NCBI GenBank assembly: GCA_020428645.1
Contig: JAGQMN010000003.1
Coordinates: 1 to 51,073 of the forward strand
Reading direction: 5' to 3'
From: Patescibacteria group bacterium
Lineage (GTDB): Bacteria > Patescibacteriota > Minisyncoccia > Phycocordibacterales > UBA1006
Length of the DNA: 51,073 bases
Part shown: positions 9,742 to 18,692 of the stretch, in pieces
How the letters are laid out: each line of letters begins with the position of its first letter
Position numbering within the stretch: the first letter of the stretch is position 1
Position numbers and translations under genes: made by a program
Notes under the pieces: generated by a model
The model's database searches: none
The model's input: the letters and a program-made list of their open reading frames with translations, nothing else
Told to the model about the DNA's origin: nothing

Positions 9742-10348
9742 GTGAATAGGATGTACATACGGTATAAAGTGTTCCGAGGACAACCGCAAATACGATTGTC
9801 ATGAGGAGCACAGGTTCATGTAGTTGATGGTGAGTAAAGATATCTCCAATTTTTTGAAACACCGAAAACGGATGGGTGACGAGGTTCCATGTATTAAAAC
9901 GAACGTACCGACCAAGGTACACCCCAAACCCAGTAAAGAGTGCGATCACCCATACTGTCCACAAACGCCACTTGAGGAATGTTCGGAGTACGTGCACACT
10001 CAGCATCCATGCAGCAATACCGGCAATACTATACATAAAGATCATCATCGCGTCATACCAAATCATAGATTTTGGTCCCACAACAGCAATATGGATAAAA
10101 TCAGTTACGAGGTACGGTGCATTTGGTAAAAATCCAAACCAAGCGAGTATGAATATAAACGAGAGCCAGGGTTGTTTAGTACGTACCGCAAGCCAGGCAA
10201 AGAGGATAGGTAATAATGCCAAAAATAAATTCCGGTTCAGCCACAGGTACGACTCATACCCAGTCATCACAAAACGAATTACATTCATAACCACAGCCAC
10301 AAGGGAAACGAGGAGTATCATTTTCACACTTTTTACAAATAGGTGCAT
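9722..10348 (-). CDS. DUF1361-like membrane protein
   Basis: WLNRNLFLALLP, FLPNAPYLVTDFIH, GVYLGRYVRFNTW motifs. Confidence 0.85.
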   Translation of the reverse strand: MHLFVKSVKMILLVSLVAVVMNVIRFVMTGYESYLWLNRNLFLALLPILFAWLAVRTKQPWLSFIFILAWFGFLPNAPYLVTDFIHIAVVGPKSMIWYDAMMIFMYSIAGIAAWMLSVHVLRTFLKWRLWTVWVIALFTGFGVYLGRYVRFNTWNLVTHPFSVFQKIGDIFTHHQLHEPVLLMTIVFAVVLGTLYTVCTSYSHEETKN

Positions 10349-10388
10349 ATTCCTTATTGTACTAAAAAACACCTGTGTGTCAGGTGTT

Positions 10389-11762
10389 TTATTGAAGCTT
10401 TGTTGTAAAATAGGTTACCAGCTCGTCAATACCAACGCGCTCTTGTTCAGTGGTGTTTCGGTCGCGCACTGATACCATACCGTCATCGAGAGAATCGTAG
10501 TCAATAACCACACAAAATGGTGTTCCAATTTCATCTTGGCGACGATAGCGTTTTCCAATATTTCCGTTATCATCGAATGCCACGTTACCAAATGTAGCCT
10601 TCAGTATACCAAAGACTTCATTCGCTTTGAGAACAATATCATCTTTGTTGCGTACCAGTGGTGAAACAGCGATTTTGTACGGTGCTACCTGTGGTTTCAG
10701 TGCGAGGTACGAACGCGGACTACCGTCAACTTCGTCTTCGCGATACGCTGATGCCAAGAGTGCAAGAATGGTACGATCAAGACCCATCGACGGCTCAATC
10801 ACGTGTGGTACGTAGGTTTCGTTGGTTTCAGGGTCAGTGTACTGAAGTTTCGTTTTTGCGTGTTCCGCGTGTTTGGTAAGGTCGTAATCACCACGGTACG
10901 CAAGTCCGTACAATTCTTTTTGTCCAAACGGAAAGTCAAATTCAAAATCAATGGTACGTTTCGAGTAATGAGCTCGGTCTTTATCACCAATTTCAACTTC
11001 GTGGAGCTTATTCATATCAAGTCCAATCATCTCGCACCACTCAAGCATTTCGTCCCGCCAGTATTCAAACTGTAGATCCCACTGTTCAGGATTGATGAAG
11101 TACTCGATTTCCATCTGTTCAATTTCACGTAAACGAAAGATAAAATTCCGCGGAGTAATCTCGTTACGATAGGCTTTACCAATCTGTGCAACACCAAACG
11201 GTACCTTTGGGTGCATCGAATCGATGATGTTTTTGTAATTGATGAAAATTCCCTGAGCTGTTTCAGGACGAAGGTACGCGGTCACAGACGAATCAGATGA
11301 TGAACCGAGTTGGGTTTTCAACATGAGATTAAATTCTCTTCCTATTAATTGATGAAGATCATTGTGCCCTAGTAAACCTTTTGCTGCAATTACATCAAGC
11401 ATATCTTTAATGCGCATTCCTTGTGTATTAATACCCGCGTCCTCAAGTAAGGTGTCAGCACGGTATTCAATTCCTGTTTTCTGGTCTAAAACCAATGGAT
11501 CAGAAAAACCACCCACGTGACCTGAAGCGGTGAGTGGTTTCTCACCCATCACGATTGCCGAATCAATCAAGTAGGTATCACGACGCTCTTCTACAAATTT
11601 GCGAATGAAGAGGTTTTTAATATTGTTTTTGAGCAGTGAACCAAGTGGTCCATAGTCGTACATCCCAGCAAGTCCACCGTACAGTTCCCCTGCTTGGAAG
11701 ATAAACCCTCTATTCTTACAGAGGGTTACAATTTTTTCCATTAATTGTTCATCGTTATTCAT
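10389..11762 (-). CDS. glyQS: Glycine--tRNA ligase, homodimeric (eukaryote-like class II)
   Basis: YGGLAGMYDYGPLG, YLRPETAQGIF, QIGKAYRNEITP, HVIEPSMGLDR, IGKRYRRQDEIGTP. Confidence 0.96.
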   Translation of the reverse strand: MNNDEQLMEKIVTLCKNRGFIFQAGELYGGLAGMYDYGPLGSLLKNNIKNLFIRKFVEERRDTYLIDSAIVMGEKPLTASGHVGGFSDPLVLDQKTGIEYRADTLLEDAGINTQGMRIKDMLDVIAAKGLLGHNDLHQLIGREFNLMLKTQLGSSSDSSVTAYLRPETAQGIFINYKNIIDSMHPKVPFGVAQIGKAYRNEITPRNFIFRLREIEQMEIEYFINPEQWDLQFEYWRDEMLEWCEMIGLDMNKLHEVEIGDKDRAHYSKRTIDFEFDFPFGQKELYGLAYRGDYDLTKHAEHAKTKLQYTDPETNETYVPHVIEPSMGLDRTILALLASAYREDEVDGSPRSYLALKPQVAPYKIAVSPLVRNKDDIVLKANEVFGILKATFGNVAFDDNGNIGKRYRRQDEIGTPFCVVIDYDSLDDGMVSVRDRNTTEQERVGIDELVTYFTTKLQ

Positions 11763-11811
11763 ACTAGAAGTGTACCCGTAGACATAGAAAAAACAAACCC
11801 TACGGTTTGTT

Positions 11812-13728
11812 TTATTCTCGTACCTGACCACTTGTATTTGGTGCTTGAGAGTCTTGCAGATTATTAATAACAGGTGTCTTCCGATAATTCAAATCAGTAT
11901 CGGTGAATTCGTCTGTACCTGAGAGGAGAATATCCCCTGTCAATTGGACAGGATTACCGATTTGTGACACTGATGGGGTCAATTCGATCTGTACCGAGAG
12001 TTGTTCCGGTTGGTTGGTACCGACACCAAGACCAGCAGGCATATCACCAATATTCCAAATGAGTTGTCTCGTTCCCGTATCAAATGATACCTTATTCCGC
12101 TCGATAGATGGTGCGACTGCATTCAACCACGTTACATAGCGAGGAAGCGTCGTACGAAGTTCAGCACTCGACACATCGTTCGATGAGTTACTGAGTTGGA
12201 AGACAATCGTGTACGTTGTGGATAGATTCGCACGTGGTGGCAACGGTCCTGAGTTTGCAAATGCTCCCTCGTAATACTGCACCTTTGGTGTTACTGAAAT
12301 ATCAGAATTAGCTCGCACTGTGTGTGTCGCTACACCAAATGCTTCACGACTCATTCCATTTAATTCACTCGCATGAACATCAACTGACATAGCAAACGAT
12401 GGATTGTCCAAGACACCCGATGCTGTCACGAGGTCTTTGGTGCCAACAGTGAATCGTACCTGACCACGTTCTCCTGGATCAAGACGACTGAGATTATCAA
12501 GTGAACTTGAATCAAAGACCAAGGTGCGACGACTTGAATCGTAGAATCCACTGAGGCTCGATACATCACTACGATTGTAGAGATCTCCATCAAATCGCAC
12601 CTCAATCACCGCGTTGGTAACAGGATCAGGGAGTGTGTTTTCGTATTCCAGGAGAACGCTCACATCGGCTCCACCACGCACACTCGAAACTGGTTCAGTG
12701 CTATTATTGACTGACAGGTTCGCAGTGAGGAATGATTTCTGTACTTCAATGGTATGCACAATACTGTTAAATACCGTCTCAATTTGGTGTTTATTCTGTG
12801 GATGTTGCTTACCAAATTCAATCACAAATGACTGCCCCTGCCCTTCAAGAGCGGCGAGACGTCCGGTAAATTCAATATGCTCGACATCTTGATCAATATC
12901 ACTGAAGTACCAGGTATTATCATTGAAACTGGGTGCTCTATTTGAACTCAGAAATTCAAAGCCTCGTGGGTAGGTTACCTTGAGCACAGTATCACGAACC
13001 TGTGCTATCGAGTTAGAGGCAATATCAATACCAATGGTTACCTCTTGGTTCCGAACGATAGTATCCGGAGCATCAATGAGTACCTGTGTAGGAGTTGATC
13101 GAATGATGACTTCGTGCGCAATTTCTTTGACAAAGATTGCGCTTGAACCATCAATGCGGTATTCAAGGGTAGCATTGATAGATCGAGTGTTCCCTTCTTG
13201 ACCAAACAAGGTCAGATCAAAATCTTCAGTTACCCGTTCACGAGGACCAATGTCTTCAAGCGAACGGCGCAAGAATACTACTTCAGCATCTTCGGCCGAA
13301 TCTTTTGGATATGAGAGGACAAGATCTGGGAGCTGGAGGTCTTGTTCGTTAAAGTTTTGAATCCGGACTTCAAGTTCAAGCTCTTCTCCTCCATCAACGA
13401 ACGGTTGACCGAGAATTTCCATCGCGATTAAGTCTTCTGATACCACTTTTCTCCCTTCATAGAGCGAGATACCAGCGACTGCAACCGTCACCACAAAAAA
13501 GACGAGGACAACGAGAAAAATCTTTTTAAAGAGTGAGGTTGGAAGTCGGTACTTTGAGCGAGCATGAATGAGATCGTCGTATGCATCATCTTTAAAGTCA
13601 TGGTCAAGTTCAATGTTACGATCATGAATTTTTCTTCGCGGCCGTTGTCCGTGTTCTTGTGCAGGATCGTACAAATCCCGTTCGAGTTCCTCAATACGAT
13701 TGTTCTTTTTTGGTTTGATATCGTCCAT
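11812..13728 (-). CDS. Membrane-anchored secreted protein with tandem Ig-like beta domains
   Basis: N-terminal charged region, one TM (IFLVVLVFFVVTVAVAGI), then about 540 aa of beta-rich sequence; no catalytic motif recognised. Confidence 0.7.
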   Translation of the reverse strand: MDDIKPKKNNRIEELERDLYDPAQEHGQRPRRKIHDRNIELDHDFKDDAYDDLIHARSKYRLPTSLFKKIFLVVLVFFVVTVAVAGISLYEGRKVVSEDLIAMEILGQPFVDGGEELELEVRIQNFNEQDLQLPDLVLSYPKDSAEDAEVVFLRRSLEDIGPRERVTEDFDLTLFGQEGNTRSINATLEYRIDGSSAIFVKEIAHEVIIRSTPTQVLIDAPDTIVRNQEVTIGIDIASNSIAQVRDTVLKVTYPRGFEFLSSNRAPSFNDNTWYFSDIDQDVEHIEFTGRLAALEGQGQSFVIEFGKQHPQNKHQIETVFNSIVHTIEVQKSFLTANLSVNNSTEPVSSVRGGADVSVLLEYENTLPDPVTNAVIEVRFDGDLYNRSDVSSLSGFYDSSRRTLVFDSSSLDNLSRLDPGERGQVRFTVGTKDLVTASGVLDNPSFAMSVDVHASELNGMSREAFGVATHTVRANSDISVTPKVQYYEGAFANSGPLPPRANLSTTYTIVFQLSNSSNDVSSAELRTTLPRYVTWLNAVAPSIERNKVSFDTGTRQLIWNIGDMPAGLGVGTNQPEQLSVQIELTPSVSQIGNPVQLTGDILLSGTDEFTDTDLNYRKTPVINNLQDSQAPNTSGQVRE

Positions 13729-13758
13729 GGTACGCAGGTACAGTATAGCAAGAAAGTA

Positions 13759-14328
13759 TCACAACTGGGAATTCTGTATCGCACCATTGATTTTTTTGAT
13801 AATCAGAGGTCGTGATTCAGTCACCTGTGTGTACATATCAGGTGAAAACGGATACTCGGTTAATAGCCATGGTTCCGATCCCTCCCAATATCCAAGTGCA
13901 TACAGAAACCTCGTCACAAAAATTAATTCAATTGATTCATTAGGTTCTTCAACAGATATATGGTCATATAAACGTACGATATCATGCCACACATCAGTGT
14001 TAGATTCTTCACCACTTGAAAACCGTATGATGAGTGATGCCATACGCGTAAGGAGTTCATACCAAGCGGTGCCTGCAAGTGTGATCGACGAGTATTCCTC
14101 GTGAATCCCGGTGAGTTTCCAGATATCCCGACCCTGAACCACATCCACGGTCACGAGCGAGAGGGTGTTGGTGTGAAATCGCATTTTACTCTTGAGATCA
14201 CGAACTGATTGCGTGCTGACGTAGATCAGCCCAAATCGTTCGGTGTATAACACAAGCAGTTTGTTTGATTCACGCATGTTTTTTGTTTTCAGTATGAGCG
14301 CTCGTGTTTGATAGATAGCGTGGGACAT
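13759..14328 (-). CDS. recO: DNA repair protein RecO (short form)
   Basis: RESNKLLVLYTERFGLI...VRDLKSKMR OB-fold N-terminus, plus LYALGY helical part. Confidence 0.8.
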   Translation of the reverse strand: MSHAIYQTRALILKTKNMRESNKLLVLYTERFGLIYVSTQSVRDLKSKMRFHTNTLSLVTVDVVQGRDIWKLTGIHEEYSSITLAGTAWYELLTRMASLIIRFSSGEESNTDVWHDIVRLYDHISVEEPNESIELIFVTRFLYALGYWEGSEPWLLTEYPFSPDMYTQVTESRPLIIKKINGAIQNSQL

Positions 14329-14436
14329 AGGTTTAGTTTAAGGTTATGAAGTATGAGTTGCAAGATAATTTGACTTGATTTTTATTACTGATATTTTTAA
14401 AAAAGAAACTGAAGTTGAACTAAATTAAACAATCCT

Positions 14437-14805
14437 ATGCTTTCTAACAAAAAATACATTTTAGCTAAACTCCATAGAATTAATCGAGTTTGGATTACAC
14501 AAAAAGATGATACAATCATCATCAGCTTAATATTTTCTTACCAAAACGAACGAAAGGTCTTTACAATTCCAACAATTAATTGGCAAGATCATCTTTCGCC
14601 GATTCTTGAACTGCTTAATAGATATCAAGGAACCGCAATAAGTTGTACAAAAGGTAAGTATTGGAATGAAGAAAGTATCGAAAAGGTAATGCAGAAACCT
14701 TCTAACCCGAACCTATTCTCAAGTATATTTGCGGAATTTAAAAAAATTGTTTGGGATAAGTGTATCGTTGAATTAGAGGTTCAAAGAACGAAAACATTTG
14801 CTTAA
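14437..14805 (+). CDS. Hypothetical protein (AT-rich)
   Basis: 122-aa ORF filling the gap; followed by a bidirectional hairpin at about 14821-14846. Confidence 0.6.
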   Translation: MLSNKKYILAKLHRINRVWITQKDDTIIISLIFSYQNERKVFTIPTINWQDHLSPILELLNRYQGTAISCTKGKYWNEESIEKVMQKPSNPNLFSSIFAEFKKIVWDKCIVELEVQRTKTFA

Positions 14806-14834
14806 ATTTAAAACCCAAACAAAAATGCGTGTTT

Positions 14835-17800
14835 CTACGCATTTTTTATTTCTGTAATCTGAATAACAAAACGTAATGCTTCAACAGTGATTTCTTCACC
14901 GCTCGTATCAGTAAATATTATTTCAGAAATTCCTGCAGTGTGTTTAATTTCGTCACTAAACTGTTCAATTAATGCGCGACCATCAGCATCAGTCTGTACT
15001 CGCATGGTAATTACGTCGTGTGCTTGAAGACCTGCATGTTTACGTAAATCTTGAATCTGACGCAAGAGTTCACGCATGTTCCCTTCTGCCTGGAGTTCAG
15101 GGGTAATTTCGGTATCGAGCGCATACGCTCCATCAACGACTGATTTAACGTTCATTTCCTCGAGAATCAATCCATGGTGACTGTGTGGAATGGTGTTGAT
15201 TGGCGCGGTAAAGGTTTGCAGTGCCTGACGAACCTTGATTTTTGCATCAGCACGTAATTGGAGTCCGGTACTAATGATGTCCCGTGTGTGCGCCATATCG
15301 GTAATCACCGCACTCGATACACGGGTTACCTGCGGCCAACTTGTTAGGTGTACTGATTCCTCATCAGTATCAGTACGTAGAGTCTGCCATAATTCCTCGG
15401 CAACAAATGGCACACATGGTGCAATAATTTTTGCAGTTTCGCGAAGTACGTACCGTGTTGTTGATAACGCTTCAACTGATCCCTCTTTTAATCGGTCACG
15501 AGATCGGCGAATGTACCAGGTTGAAAAATCATCCACAAAATCAAATATGTATCGCGCCGCTTTATCGAGTTCGTAGATATCGAGGTTTTCAGTAATGCCA
15601 GTACGCATTTCAGCCAATCGATTCAAAATCCACTGATCAAGAACATCTCGTGACGAGGTACTATGGGTATGGGTCGCGGTGCCTTGATACATCGTGTACA
15701 ACGAAACGATATTACGCAGTCGTCCCATCACCTTTGATGCAACTTCCTGTGTTCCCTTCTCTGAAAATGCAAATTCTTCACCACGCACTACCGGTGATGC
15801 AATCAGATACAATCGTACCGCGTCTGCACCAGTCGTATCAAACATGTACTGTGGATCAGGATAGTTATTGAGTCGCTTTGACATCTTTTTGCCGTCCTCT
15901 GCCAACACGAGTCCGTTCACGATAACATTCTGAAACGGAATCTTCTTGAACAGTGCTGTTCCGAGTACCGACAGTACGTAGAACCATCCACGAGTTTGGT
16001 CGAGACCCTCGGCAATAAACTGCGCTGGAAATCGTTTCTTTTTAAAATCTTTTTTGTTCTCAAATGGATAGTGCACCTGTGCGTACGGCATTGATCCGGA
16101 ATCAAACCATACGTCAAACACATCTTCAATGCGTTTCATTGGCTCGCCGGACTTGGAGCGTACCTCTACCTGATCAATGTACGGTCGATGAAGGTCCAGT
16201 ACGTAATCATTGTTGTGCGGAAACGGTGTAAACTTGAACCGTAGAACATCAGCATTATTTGGTAATGGTTGGTGGTAGTAAAAATCACGAGCCTTTTTCT
16301 CAACACCTCGATGTGTTATAGCAAATTGAATCGTTTTGAGTATGCCACCGTGTGAAATAATAACAATATTTTTATTTTTGTATGTTTCCTCAAGCTCAAA
16401 CATGAAATCCATGATGCGCACGTACACATCACGAATAGATTCAGCATCATCGGCCAAGCGATAGTTCCAAAAATCATTCACATCTTGTGATTCTTCAACG
16501 GCGTGTGCATCATGCCACATCTTGCCCTCCCACGAACGACCTGGGTTTCGTTCGCGGAGGCGATCATCAACGATAACTTGCTCGTCAGAGAGACCAAATT
16601 CTTTTTTAATAATTATTGCAGTTTCTTCTGTACGCTGAAGCGGTGATACAAACACGTAGTCAATGTTGTTTGGTAATTTTTGCGCTGCTTGTTTTGATCG
16701 TTCACGCCCATGATCGGTCAGTGGGTTGTGTGTCGCCTGGTCAGCATTGATAACACCAGTGGTATTTGAAACCGCCTCTCCATGACGAAAACCGTAGTAC
16801 TGATTCCCTGATTGGGGTACCCGTTCCAAGAGTTTCTCAACCGAACCTGGTACAAAGAGTTCATCCTCGATCGTTTTCCACACAGGTAGTGGTGTGCCCC
16901 AGAATCGTGATCGTGACAGTGCCCAATCACGAGCACCTTCGAGCCATTTACCGAACCGTCCTTCTCCAACGTGGTCGGGCACCCAGTTCACCTTTTTATT
17001 ATTTTTGAGGAGCTTATCCGTGAGTTCAGGAACCGAAACGTACCACGAGGTAGTTGCATAGTTTAACAACGGAGTATCACACCGCCAGCAATGTGGGTAG
17101 CTGTGCTTAAAGTTTGGATCCTTAGAAAACAGTAAGTCATTCTGATCTAATATTTTAGATATAATATTATCTACCTTACGTGGTTCATCTTTTGATTTAA
17201 CTTTTAATCCTGTTAGATCAAAATCTTTAGTGAAACTATCTTTGAATTCACCATTCTTCAAAACATGCTGTACAAACGGCAGGTTGTGCATACGACCGAG
17301 TTTCATGTCGTCAGAACCAAATGCTGGTGCAATGTGTACGATTCCTGTTCCGTCTTCAGTCGTAACAAAATCAGCCGCGTACACCCTCCACCCGTTTTCG
17401 CGGTTTTCTAGGTCTGATTGCCGTTGGTAGTAATCAAAGACCGGAATATAAGATTTCCCGATGAGTTCAGTTCCCTTAAATTTGGAAACAATTTTGGGCT
17501 CACTGGAACGGAATGCTTTAGATATTCCCTCCTTGTTTTCTTCCCATATTTTTTTTGCAAGAATATAATAATTTTTAATATGAGTAGATGCTTCTAAACT
17601 CCTCTCCATGAGAGGTTGTGTATTTATTTCATTAATAAATGAATCTTCAATTTTCACATACTCAATATCCTTACCAACAGCCAAAGCAACGTTCCCTGGT
17701 AGTGTCCATGGGGTTGTCGTCCATGCCAATAGGTACGTTCCTGGTTCGTCTACGAGTTCAAACTTTGCGGTAACTGAAATGTCAGTTACATCTTCATACC

Positions 17801-18443
17801 CCTGGTTCACCTCAAAATTTGACAGTGTTGTCTCACACCGTGGGCAGAGATGCATCGCCTTGAAGTCCTCTTTGGTTAAACCTTTTTGGTACAGCTCACT
17901 AAAAATCCACCACACAGATTCCATGTAGGAGGGCTGCATCGACATGTACGGGTTCTCCATATCAATCCAACGCCCCGAACGCGGTACGTAACGTTTCCAC
18001 TCTGACTCGTAGCGAAGAACCGAATCACGCGCCGCCTCGTTGAATTTTTCAATGCCGTACTCTTCGATGTCTTTTTTGGTTTCGAGGTTAAGCTCTTTTT
18101 CAATCAGATTCTCGATAGGTAGTCCGTGACAATCCCACCCCCAGGTACGTGGTACGCGGTAGCCCTGCATGGTCTTGTAGCGTGGAATGATATCTTTGAT
18201 CGTTCCGGCGAGAAGGTGTCCGTAGTGTGGAAGTCCAGTTGCAAACGGAGGCCCATCGTAAAATACGAAATCACCTTTTGGAGACTTCTTTTCGAGGGTT
18301 TTTTGGAAGATCTGGTTTTCGTTCCAAAATTTCAACACCTGTTCCTCGGAACGAGCAGTCTGAGACTTCTCTTGTGTATTGCTTGCCCGACCATCTTGCT
18401 GGTTTAGGGTATTCGACTTGTTGGGTTCCTTTTCTTGAGCCAT
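14835..18443 (-). CDS. ileS: Isoleucine--tRNA ligase type 2 with an inserted histidine-phosphatase domain
   Basis: FYDGPPFATGLPHYGH, WDCHGLPIE, AWTTTPWTLPGN, EGLDQTRGWFY, KMSKRLNNY; RHG...SPLQRT...SHGG insert at about 16225-16800. Confidence 0.95.
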   Translation of the reverse strand: MAQEKEPNKSNTLNQQDGRASNTQEKSQTARSEEQVLKFWNENQIFQKTLEKKSPKGDFVFYDGPPFATGLPHYGHLLAGTIKDIIPRYKTMQGYRVPRTWGWDCHGLPIENLIEKELNLETKKDIEEYGIEKFNEAARDSVLRYESEWKRYVPRSGRWIDMENPYMSMQPSYMESVWWIFSELYQKGLTKEDFKAMHLCPRCETTLSNFEVNQGYEDVTDISVTAKFELVDEPGTYLLAWTTTPWTLPGNVALAVGKDIEYVKIEDSFINEINTQPLMERSLEASTHIKNYYILAKKIWEENKEGISKAFRSSEPKIVSKFKGTELIGKSYIPVFDYYQRQSDLENRENGWRVYAADFVTTEDGTGIVHIAPAFGSDDMKLGRMHNLPFVQHVLKNGEFKDSFTKDFDLTGLKVKSKDEPRKVDNIISKILDQNDLLFSKDPNFKHSYPHCWRCDTPLLNYATTSWYVSVPELTDKLLKNNKKVNWVPDHVGEGRFGKWLEGARDWALSRSRFWGTPLPVWKTIEDELFVPGSVEKLLERVPQSGNQYYGFRHGEAVSNTTGVINADQATHNPLTDHGRERSKQAAQKLPNNIDYVFVSPLQRTEETAIIIKKEFGLSDEQVIVDDRLRERNPGRSWEGKMWHDAHAVEESQDVNDFWNYRLADDAESIRDVYVRIMDFMFELEETYKNKNIVIISHGGILKTIQFAITHRGVEKKARDFYYHQPLPNNADVLRFKFTPFPHNNDYVLDLHRPYIDQVEVRSKSGEPMKRIEDVFDVWFDSGSMPYAQVHYPFENKKDFKKKRFPAQFIAEGLDQTRGWFYVLSVLGTALFKKIPFQNVIVNGLVLAEDGKKMSKRLNNYPDPQYMFDTTGADAVRLYLIASPVVRGEEFAFSEKGTQEVASKVMGRLRNIVSLYTMYQGTATHTHSTSSRDVLDQWILNRLAEMRTGITENLDIYELDKAARYIFDFVDDFSTWYIRRSRDRLKEGSVEALSTTRYVLRETAKIIAPCVPFVAEELWQTLRTDTDEESVHLTSWPQVTRVSSAVITDMAHTRDIISTGLQLRADAKIKVRQALQTFTAPINTIPHSHHGLILEEMNVKSVVDGAYALDTEITPELQAEGNMRELLRQIQDLRKHAGLQAHDVITMRVQTDADGRALIEQFSDEIKHTAGISEIIFTDTSGEEITVEALRFVIQITEIKNA

Positions 18444-18455
18444 AAATATAGTTGC

Positions 18456-18464
18456 ATTTTAGCA
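18456..18464 (-). promoter_or_regulatory. Extended -10 element immediately upstream of ileS
   Basis: TGCTAAAAT, 12 nt before the ileS ATG. Confidence 0.5.
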
Positions 18465-18504
18465 CGTATGCGCCCTAATGCCTGCTGACGCAGGCTCGGG
18501 TTAT

Positions 18505-18535
18505 AAAAGAAACCGCCGTAATCCGGGCGGTTCTT
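18505..18535 (-). terminator. Intrinsic terminator in the ileS leader (attenuator terminator)
   Basis: Minus strand AAGAACCGCC-CGGATTAC-GGCGGTTTCTTTT. Confidence 0.85.
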
Positions 18536-18566
18536 GTATAACAATCATTACAAAGTTCCCGGATTC

Positions 18567-18614
18567 TTATGCGGTCCTTGAAATAATAATTGAAATAATT
18601 GCACGTCGTTGCAT
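18567..18614 (-). CDS. Ile-rich ileS leader peptide, 15 aa (MQRRAIISIIISRTA)
   Basis: ATG CAA CGA CGT GCA ATT ATT TCA ATT ATT ATT TCA AGG ACC GCA TAA: five ATT Ile codons within six consecutive codons, upstream of a terminator and of ileS. Confidence 0.85.
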   Translation of the reverse strand: MQRRAIISIIISRTA

Positions 18615-18620
18615 GTTTTA

Positions 18621-18629
18621 ATCCTAACA
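18621..18629 (-). promoter_or_regulatory. Extended -10 for the ileS leader peptide
   Basis: TGTTAGGAT, 6 nt before the leader ATG; the same spacing is seen at many genes in the window. Confidence 0.55.
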
Positions 18630-18692
18630 GGATTTTGTTTTTTGAAAAGAAAAACCTACCAAAGAAATGTAAATCTTTCCTTGGTAGGTGGT

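Noticed and set aside
16225-16800. Intein or group I/II intron in ileS
   Set aside because: The frame is continuous, there is no Cys/Ser start or His-Asn end and no LAGLIDADG motif. The insert carries phosphatase motifs instead.
18465-18650. T-box riboswitch upstream of ileS
   Set aside because: There is no T-box consensus (AGGGUGGNACCGCG-like) and too little room for stem I. The Ile-codon uORF explains the structure better.
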